Below, piece after piece: positions 7,793 through 13,009 of a stretch of DNA of 13,009 nt. Made by a program: the position numbers and the translations under genes. The notes under the pieces are model-generated. The model was given only the letters and a program-made list of their open reading frames with translations. It was not told the DNA's origin and searched no databases. This stretch comes from a virus (Duplodnaviria; Heunggongvirae; Uroviricota; Caudoviricetes): IMG/VR virus record IMGVR_UViG_2619619134_000011; one strand, given 5' to 3'. Every line of letters begins with the position of its first letter. Positions within the stretch are counted from its first letter, which is position 1.

Positions 7793-8107
7793 TTATCTGT
7801 CCTGGTAATTTCGCCATATTTCATCGCTTACACCATCTATACCCATTTCAGCATAAGTGCGATCTACTGCCTTTCTCAGGTCTCCGAAGTTATCCGGCGG
7901 CTCCGGTGGCTTCTGTGCCTTCCTGGAACATTCCAGCCGTCGCATCGTAACCTGATGCCGTTCCTTGTCTGTCTCCACCAGCAGCATGACTTCACCCCAT
8001 CGCGCCGACGCCCTCCGGTAAAAGCCTTTCGCCTCGAGTTCTTCCGCTATGCGGTCATGTACCATCGCCACCCCCTCAGAACGGAATACCGTCACCGTAA
8101 GGGTCAT
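7793..8107 (-). CDS. Small regulatory protein, PerC-like (tentative)
   Basis: Track ORF 7793-8185 trimmed to the ATG at 8107 (104 aa) so that it overlaps the SSB stop only modestly. The segment AEELEAKGFYRRASARWGEVM ... DKERHQV.MRR matches my recollection of the PerC/Pch family. Not verified by search. Confidence 0.4.
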   Translation of the reverse strand: MTLTVTVFRSEGVAMVHDRIAEELEAKGFYRRASARWGEVMLLVETDKERHQVTMRRLECSRKAQKPPEPPDNFGDLRKAVDRTYAEMGIDGVSDEIWRNYQDR

Positions 8108-8486
8108 CGCCTCCCGCTGGTGGCTGATTACCCTGTGTGCCTGTGGTTTTGCGTCTGTTCCCGCCAGGACGTGCCGCACGGGCACTGATTACGCTGTCTG
8201 CAATAACCTGATAACCCTGCCGCGTTTCCCCGTTCTGTCCCGTCCACTGGCTGACCTGCATCGTGCCGGATACGCTGGCAACGTCGCCTTTTTGATGTTT
8301 AGCCAGGAAGTCGGCCTGCTTACCAAATGCGATGACCGATAGCCATAACGTCGCCTGCCCATCCTGCGCCTGACTACATGGCAACGATACCGCCATACGC
8401 GCCAGCGTCATCGGTGTGCCCTTACTGGTCTGTTTTACCTGCGGGTCGTCCACCAGCCGCCCGTAAGCCGCTATCTGTGCTGTCAT
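8076..8486 (-). CDS. ssb: Single-stranded DNA-binding protein
   Basis: 136 aa, alignable by eye to E. coli SSB (WLSVIAFGKQADFLAKHQKGDVASVSGTMQVSQWTGQNGETRQGY versus [44 protein letters not shown]), with a Gly/Pro-rich linker and the acidic C-terminal tip DDPYGDGIPF (compare DDDIPF). Confidence 0.8.
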   Translation of the reverse strand: MTAQIAAYGRLVDDPQVKQTSKGTPMTLARMAVSLPCSQAQDGQATLWLSVIAFGKQADFLAKHQKGDVASVSGTMQVSQWTGQNGETRQGYQVIADSVISARAARPGGNRRKTTGTQGNQPPAGGDDPYGDGIPF

Positions 8487-8761
8487 GATTCCACCTCTCC
8501 GGTTTTAACGTTGATGGTTGTTACCTGTTCCGCTTCGGCAATCTCCCGTTCTGTCAGCGTGGCAAAGTTTGCCGCCGCCGTGGTCATGAATGCGCTTATC
8601 AGTTCGGGATGTGCTTTCGCGTATCCTTCCCCCGCGTGGCGGTCTATCGTTCTGATTGCCACCTTTAAAGCGTGCTCTGTCATGTCTAACGCGCGATATT
8701 TCGGTTCTGTTCTGTCTCTGCGTTTTTTGAGTGATTTATTAAATTTCCCTGAAGCGTGCAT
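8483..8761 (-). CDS. Hypothetical protein (92 aa) between origin and ssb
   Basis: ORF with a GAGGGGG Shine-Dalgarno about 10 nt upstream of the ATG at 8761; its stop overlaps the ssb start. No recognised motif. Confidence 0.5.
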   Translation of the reverse strand: MHASGKFNKSLKKRRDRTEPKYRALDMTEHALKVAIRTIDRHAGEGYAKAHPELISAFMTTAAANFATLTEREIAEAEQVTTINVKTGEVES

Positions 8762-8810
8762 ATTTATTTTTACCCCCTCGTTTAAAAAGTTTTGAGTTGT
8801 GCCTCCCCTT

Positions 8811-9036
8811 GTCTACCTTATCTACCTTACTGGCTCTCATGCCAGTAATGGCGCGGCTTTCAGCGGGGTAGAGTGCTTTTATCCACTATCTACCCCGTAT
8901 CTACCTCCCTGTCTGATTCAGGTAAAATCAGGTAGAGAGGGTAGATAGTAGGTAGACAGTGAAAAAAGGCTGTCTACCTAAGTTAATATACTGAATTAAA
9001 TGTATTTTTCTTTACTCAGGTAGACAGGGTAGACAG
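8811..9036. repeat. Iteron array: putative replication origin
   Basis: Eleven copies of the hexamer GGTAGA/TCTACC in both orientations (TCTACC at 8812, 8821, 8889, 8900, 8973; GGTAGA at 8867, 8931, 8940, 8951, 9019, 9028), several extended to GGTAGACAG, flanking an AT-rich segment (8981-9017). Immediately downstream of the primase/helicase gene. Confidence 0.7.
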
Positions 9037-9049
9037 CCATTGCAAAAAA

Positions 9050-10804
9050 TTATAAAAACGCGTCGCAATCGTCTGTTGTTATTGCGTTAGTCTGCGTTAC
9101 TCCCTTAACTTTCCGCGTAATATATTCATGTCCGTAAACTTTCGCGGCTGGCTTCATAGCCTTGCCAAAGTCATTTACGTTTAGCGGTTTGCTCCTGCCT
9201 GCGTACGCCATAAACGCCAGATAGACGCGGTAAAGGCTGTTTCTGGTCGTGTACTTCACTGAATCGCCACCGCCGCCCATCATCAGGCCGCGTGCTTCCT
9301 CCAGAAAATTCAGGAACTGGCAAAACTCAATAACCGGATCCGTCTGTTGCTTTATTGCCAGTGCTTCATCACCGTCACGCTGTTCAATGAGTAAAGCCCG
9401 TGCCTTTTCAGGGTCGGCAAAGTTCGCCAGCAAGCGGCGGATAATCACAGGGATTTCAGCCGCGATCTTTTCCGGTAGCTCCCTGTCTTTTTCTGCCTCG
9501 CTTACGATGTTATCGAACCGGAATATCACCCGACGACGTGCCACACCTCCGGCCCGTTCGGTGAATATCATCGGATTGTTATTGGTTGCCAGCACCACCG
9601 CCCTGATTACCGCCGTAAAACGCTTTTCATATTTCGGGTTAATTTCCACGGGGTCGCCGCCCGTGATTTTCTTGATGCCCGTTCCTTCGCCTGTATATTT
9701 CGGCTGGTCTGCCAGGACGATAAGACGACTCCCGACAACCTGCGCACGCCCACCAGCATCATCAAGCGATGTCATTTCAGCGCTTACCGTGTTCTGTTTC
9801 CCTGCCAGAAGGCTGGCTATGTGTGTGAATGTACTTTTACCGCTCCCGCCGTCTCCGGTGGCCTCAATAAACATCTGCCAGTCGTACCGGTTCGCCATAA
9901 TCATGTACAGCGCGGCACATATACGCATCATCTTGCGCGGGTCTTTTCCGGCTGCGTGCTCAAGCCATTTATGAAAGTTTGGCGCGTTATCGCGGATGTT
10001 CTCCCCTGGTGCTGGTGGCGTGTACTCAATGCCGTTGTGCGTGGTGATCCAGTTCTCCGGCGTGTGCGGGGAAAATTCCCCCGTTTTCAGGTCAAGCGCA
10101 CCATTGGCGAACGGCAGCAAATCGCCGGACGGCTCGCCCATTGGTTCGGCAATAACTTTTAACGCTTCCACGGCGTTATTGATTACGCGCTTGCTGAAAG
10201 TGGCCCTGTGCTCTGAATAGATCGCCACCATTTCGCGGCTAAGTTCCATTGTGCTGACCGGACACCATACCCCGCCGCGCCATACGTGAACGATTTCACT
10301 TTCAGGATGTACGCAAACGCCATCAAAGCGATCGGCAAGCAGCTGCGCGCGCTCACTGTCCGCCATCTGCGAAAGTTGCGCCTTTTGCTTTACCGGAAGC
10401 TCAATGACCAGACCATCAGAAAGATTCTGGCGCTCACGGGCCAGATATTCGCGCCAGTTCTCCACCTTCTGACCGTGCATACCCTCAGGATAAAAATTTG
10501 CATCCTGTACGCCTGCCGCCGCCAGCTTCTGGCCAATCGCCTTTATCATTACTGGCGCAAGATATCCGGCCCTGAATATGCGCACGGATTTTCTGCCTTC
10601 CGGCACAATTTGCAGCTTATCCAGTTCTGATAACTGCTGCTCCCCAAGCCACACAGGAGGCTCATTATCTCCGGCCATACGCGCATCATGTTCCTGCCAT
10701 TGTTTCGCGTGTGCCCAGGCATCACTACCCGCAAAAATAATGACTTCTGTTCCTTTGTGTTTTATGCCGCGTGACTGCTGTTTTACGTTCGGTGCCAGTT
10801 TCAT
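9050..10804 (-). CDS. DNA primase/helicase (P4 alpha-like, D5/SF3 NTPase)
   Basis: 584 aa with Walker A GDGGSGKST and a following hydrophobic-D Walker B-like segment (RLIVLAD). Its start overlaps the upstream ORF stop as ATGA. Typical satellite replication gene next to its origin. Confidence 0.8.
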   Translation of the reverse strand: MKLAPNVKQQSRGIKHKGTEVIIFAGSDAWAHAKQWQEHDARMAGDNEPPVWLGEQQLSELDKLQIVPEGRKSVRIFRAGYLAPVMIKAIGQKLAAAGVQDANFYPEGMHGQKVENWREYLARERQNLSDGLVIELPVKQKAQLSQMADSERAQLLADRFDGVCVHPESEIVHVWRGGVWCPVSTMELSREMVAIYSEHRATFSKRVINNAVEALKVIAEPMGEPSGDLLPFANGALDLKTGEFSPHTPENWITTHNGIEYTPPAPGENIRDNAPNFHKWLEHAAGKDPRKMMRICAALYMIMANRYDWQMFIEATGDGGSGKSTFTHIASLLAGKQNTVSAEMTSLDDAGGRAQVVGSRLIVLADQPKYTGEGTGIKKITGGDPVEINPKYEKRFTAVIRAVVLATNNNPMIFTERAGGVARRRVIFRFDNIVSEAEKDRELPEKIAAEIPVIIRRLLANFADPEKARALLIEQRDGDEALAIKQQTDPVIEFCQFLNFLEEARGLMMGGGGDSVKYTTRNSLYRVYLAFMAYAGRSKPLNVNDFGKAMKPAAKVYGHEYITRKVKGVTQTNAITTDDCDAFL

Positions 10805-11100
10805 TTTTTACCCCTGAATCCTTTAATCATGGTTTTCATCTTCTGAATATTGGCGCGTGCTTTCTCCCTGCTGGTGGGCACGTTACGCGGTACGGCCTGC
10901 ACAAGAGAAAAATCACGGTCGAACTGATAAACAGGCATCACGCAATCATATTCGTAACCTTCACGGCGGTAAGTTACGCACCGTCCCGCCACGCCCTTAA
11001 TCATTACCGTGCCGCCGTACTGGTCGCGGTAAATATCACCGCGCGTAAATTTAGGGTGAGTGTTGCCACTGGCAGTTAAGCCAGAATATTTAAGTTTCAT
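10801..11100 (-). CDS. Hypothetical protein (99 aa)
   Basis: ORF with GGAG upstream of the ATG, translationally coupled to primase. Basic C-terminus. No recognised motif. Confidence 0.5.
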   Translation of the reverse strand: MKLKYSGLTASGNTHPKFTRGDIYRDQYGGTVMIKGVAGRCVTYRREGYEYDCVMPVYQFDRDFSLVQAVPRNVPTSREKARANIQKMKTMIKGFRGKK

Positions 11101-11105
11101 TATTT

Positions 11106-11339
11106 TTATTCTCCGGTGTGCTGTTCTTTATATCTGTCGTGCAATAGATCTATTTCTTGCAGTTCCATTATTACAGGCTCAAGAAGCGTTATTAATGCCG
11201 TGGCAATTCTTGATTTTTGTTTGTCGCGTTCATTGTCGCCAAGTGTTTCAAGCCATATGCGCAATATTTCCAGCATGTTTTCACTGTGAGAAAGTGCAAG
11301 AAATGCGCGGTCTATTGTTTGGTGGTAAATATCACGCAT
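11106..11339 (-). CDS. Hypothetical protein (77 aa)
   Basis: Tightly packed ORF in the same operon, with a G-rich Shine-Dalgarno-like sequence upstream. No recognised motif. Confidence 0.45.
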   Translation of the reverse strand: MRDIYHQTIDRAFLALSHSENMLEILRIWLETLGDNERDKQKSRIATALITLLEPVIMELQEIDLLHDRYKEQHTGE

Positions 11340-11340
11340 A

Positions 11341-11562
11341 TTAATCCCCGTCCGTCGTTTTTCTTAAAATAACCTCTGTCACGAAATCAGCATAATCGGC
11401 GGCGATATTCAGTACATCAATCCCCGTTGATTTATATTCTCTCGTGGAAAGTAAGAAAAAAGCCGCTCTAATAAGCTCTGGCATTGACGAAAGCGCATCA
11501 GCCGCATCATCAGGAACGCCGGAAAATTCCTGTTTCAGGGAATTAAAACGATCATCACGCAT
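11341..11562 (-). CDS. Hypothetical protein (73 aa)
   Basis: ATG at 11562 preceded by AGGGGGG; overlaps the stop of the upstream gene by 8 nt. No recognised motif. Confidence 0.5.
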   Translation of the reverse strand: MRDDRFNSLKQEFSGVPDDAADALSSMPELIRAAFFLLSTREYKSTGIDVLNIAADYADFVTEVILRKTTDGD

Positions 11563-11920
11563 GTTTACCCCCCTGAATGACCTGATAACCGCAACTGGTC
11601 AGCAACTCGATAAATTCCGGCAGTGTGCCGAAACAGCAATCATCACGCAGCCGTTCGCAGGATACCTCGACGCCGTTTTCGTAGTGACTCACCATACATC
11701 CGGTAAAATGCAGATCATCATCGTGATGGCTCGTTGACGGCTTAATCAGTCGCGCACGTTCCGCCAGTTCCAGCAATGCTTCAACGCTTCCGGCAATTGC
11801 ACCATCCGGCAGGTGATAATTACGCACTATGCGCCCGTTCTCCACATTGACCAGCAACTGCCCGGTAAATTTCTCGTCAAACTGAATGCTGTTAAGGTCA
11901 GAAATTGACAGGTTATGCAT
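11555..11920 (-). CDS. Hypothetical protein (121 aa)
   Basis: Track ORF 11555-11938 trimmed to the ATG at 11920, which has a near-perfect AGGAGGTG Shine-Dalgarno 6 nt upstream and overlaps the upstream stop. No recognised motif. Confidence 0.55.
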   Translation of the reverse strand: MHNLSISDLNSIQFDEKFTGQLLVNVENGRIVRNYHLPDGAIAGSVEALLELAERARLIKPSTSHHDDDLHFTGCMVSHYENGVEVSCERLRDDCCFGTLPEFIELLTSCGYQVIQGGKHA

Positions 11921-12137
11921 GGTGCACCTCCTGCACATCAGCCATGATAATTTTTCCGGCCTTATCCAGTGCCTGATCGGCTTTTAGCTGCACAAATGCT
12001 AAATAATGGAAGATGCATTCTGATTCTCTGGCTGCGTGTTTATGCGCCCTGTCAGCAATAACAGAAATATCAATAAGCGCGTGCATCAGCGTAGTGAGCG
12101 CGGCGGCTGCTGCGTCCGGTGTGGTTTTATTGCACAT
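11913..12137 (-). CDS. Hypothetical protein (74 aa)
   Basis: ORF in the operon stack, overlapping both neighbours. No recognised motif. Confidence 0.45.
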   Translation of the reverse strand: MCNKTTPDAAAAALTTLMHALIDISVIADRAHKHAARESECIFHYLAFVQLKADQALDKAGKIIMADVQEVHHA

Positions 12138-12333
12138 GGCCTACCCCCTGGCGAATACGGGCAGCGAATACCATCACGCAGCCATCAGGAGATTGCTGAC
12201 GCGCTTCCTGTTCGCTGGTGGCCTCAATGGTAATCACGCGCGGTTGTGCCGTGCTCAGGGCGATAAAACGCCAGATGTATTTATTCAGGTTGTGCGAGTC
12301 CCGCCCTTGCGGGTGTGTGGTATGATTTCTCAT
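12127..12333 (-). CDS. Hypothetical protein (68 aa), first gene of the leftward operon
   Basis: C-terminal part of track ORF 12127-12789, starting at the ATG at 12333 with AGGT 4 nt upstream. The upstream 150 codons of the track ORF are antisense to the RHH gene and read through the operators and a terminator hairpin, so were discarded. Confidence 0.4.
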   Translation of the reverse strand: MRNHTTHPQGRDSHNLNKYIWRFIALSTAQPRVITIEATSEQEARQQSPDGCVMVFAARIRQGVGHVQ

Positions 12334-12433
12334 AGCTACCTCGATACGCTTTCTATCGTTGGTGGTTAGAAGCCCTGCGAGTGTTCCACCACTGCGGGGC
12401 TTCGCTGTATTTAATGGTTGCGTATCTTCAATA

Positions 12434-12478
12434 TGGTACGTACCATTGGGTTTCAGTTTATAACGGTGGTACGTACCA
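12434..12478. promoter_or_regulatory. Twin palindromic operators in the divergent intergenic region
   Basis: Two identical perfect 12-bp palindromes TGGTACGTACCA at 12434-12445 and 12467-12478, centres 33 bp apart. The second ends 1 nt before the ATG of the plus-strand RHH-like gene. They lie between the divergent starts at 12333 (minus) and 12479 (plus). Confidence 0.65.
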
Positions 12479-12661
12479 ATGCAAGAAAAAAATGAGAAAC
12501 CAAAATTTGATCGCTCTGGCAGCACAAAGAAAAACATCCGCTTCGAAGACACATTGTTGCAACAAATTAACGAAGTTGCTGGGCCTGGTAATTTCAGTTC
12601 ATGGGTTAAAAATGCCTGTCGTGACAAGCTACGCAAAGAAGGCATAGAACCAAAAGGCTGA
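12479..12661 (+). CDS. Small DNA-binding regulator, ribbon-helix-helix-like (60 aa)
   Basis: The only convincing plus-strand gene. The pattern basic N-terminus, KKNIRFEDTLLQQINEVAG, G.NFSSWVKNACRDKL fits a beta-strand plus two-helix RHH fold as I recall it. GGTGG lies 9 nt upstream of the ATG; a terminator follows. Confidence 0.5.
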   Translation: MQEKNEKPKFDRSGSTKKNIRFEDTLLQQINEVAGPGNFSSWVKNACRDKLRKEGIEPKG

Positions 12662-12752
12662 TAGTCCACCAGCAAGCCAGCACACTGAGCACATTGCCCA
12701 CCAGCCAGCAAATCGCTATGATGTTCGGGCTTATGTTTAGTGTTTTCCCATT

Positions 12753-12780
12753 GGCGACCGCCCCAGGTCGCCTTTGTTTT
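12753..12780 (+). terminator. Rho-independent terminator after the RHH-like gene
   Basis: GGCGACC-GCCCCA-GGTCGCC (7-bp GC-rich stem) followed by TTTGTTTT on the plus strand, between the RHH gene and the end of alpA. Confidence 0.6.
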
Positions 12781-12799
12781 ATGTGTCATATGCTCCCCT

Positions 12800-13009
12800 T
12801 TACACTGCCTTACCTGAATTAATGCGATCCCGGCTTTTAACCCATTCCATAACCTCGGACAGCAGCCACCCTACAGAACGACCGCCCAGATTAAGACGTG
12901 ACGGAAAGCGCCCTTTTTTCTCCAGTTCGTAACGTGTAGTGCGGCACACTCCAGTTAACTTACGACATTCATCCTCACGGATTACGCGATCTTCATTTAT
13001 TTCACGCAT
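12800..13009 (-). CDS. alpA: AlpA-family transcriptional regulator / excisionase-like protein
   Basis: 69 aa with the HTH segment CRKLTGVCRTTRYELEKKGRFPSRLNLGGRSVGWLLSEVMEWV, characteristic of AlpA-family proteins. The ATG is the last three bases of the window, so the upstream region (and any integrase) is outside it. Confidence 0.8.
   Translation of the reverse strand: MREINEDRVIREDECRKLTGVCRTTRYELEKKGRFPSRLNLGGRSVGWLLSEVMEWVKSRDRINSGKAV

Noticed and set aside
8811-9036. Possible CRISPR array
   Set aside because: The repeats are only 6-9 bp, occur in both orientations with irregular spacing, and sit next to a replication initiator gene. This fits iterons, not CRISPR repeat-spacer units.
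9249-9974. 241-aa plus-strand ORF
   Set aside because: Lies entirely antisense within the primase/helicase gene and has a Ser/Arg/Ala-rich shadow-ORF composition with no start context. Treated as a frame artefact.
12127-12789. 220-aa minus-strand ORF spanning the RHH gene region
   Set aside because: Its first ~150 codons run antisense to the better-supported plus-strand RHH gene and read through the palindromic operators and the terminator hairpin. Only the C-terminal 68 codons, which have their own ATG and Shine-Dalgarno, were kept (12127-12333).

Overview
The window reads as a nearly complete phage satellite of the capsid-forming PICI (cf-PICI) type from an enterobacterial-like genome, shown in reverse orientation with almost every gene on the minus strand. 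All functional calls come from reading the translated ORFs and the DNA by eye; no database search was run. Right to left: an AlpA-family regulator (12800-13009; an integrase would be expected just beyond the right edge), a divergent small RHH-like regulator whose start abuts one of two identical 12-bp palindromic operators, six stacked small ORFs of unknown function, a P4-type primase/helicase, an iteron-type origin, a small ORF, an SSB, a PerC-like small protein and a strong terminator. Then comes a self-contained HK97-type head and packaging operon in a non-phage order (major capsid, prohead protease, portal, head-tail joining, connector, HNH, TerS, TerL), followed by about 860 bp of repeat-dense non-coding DNA. 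No tail, lysis or CI-like repressor genes are present. The points most worth a second look are the candidate cos site between HNH and terS, the origin iterons, the RHH/operator switch, the structured left-end non-coding region with a 20-bp perfect palindrome, and a 17-bp direct repeat that brackets the packaging module.
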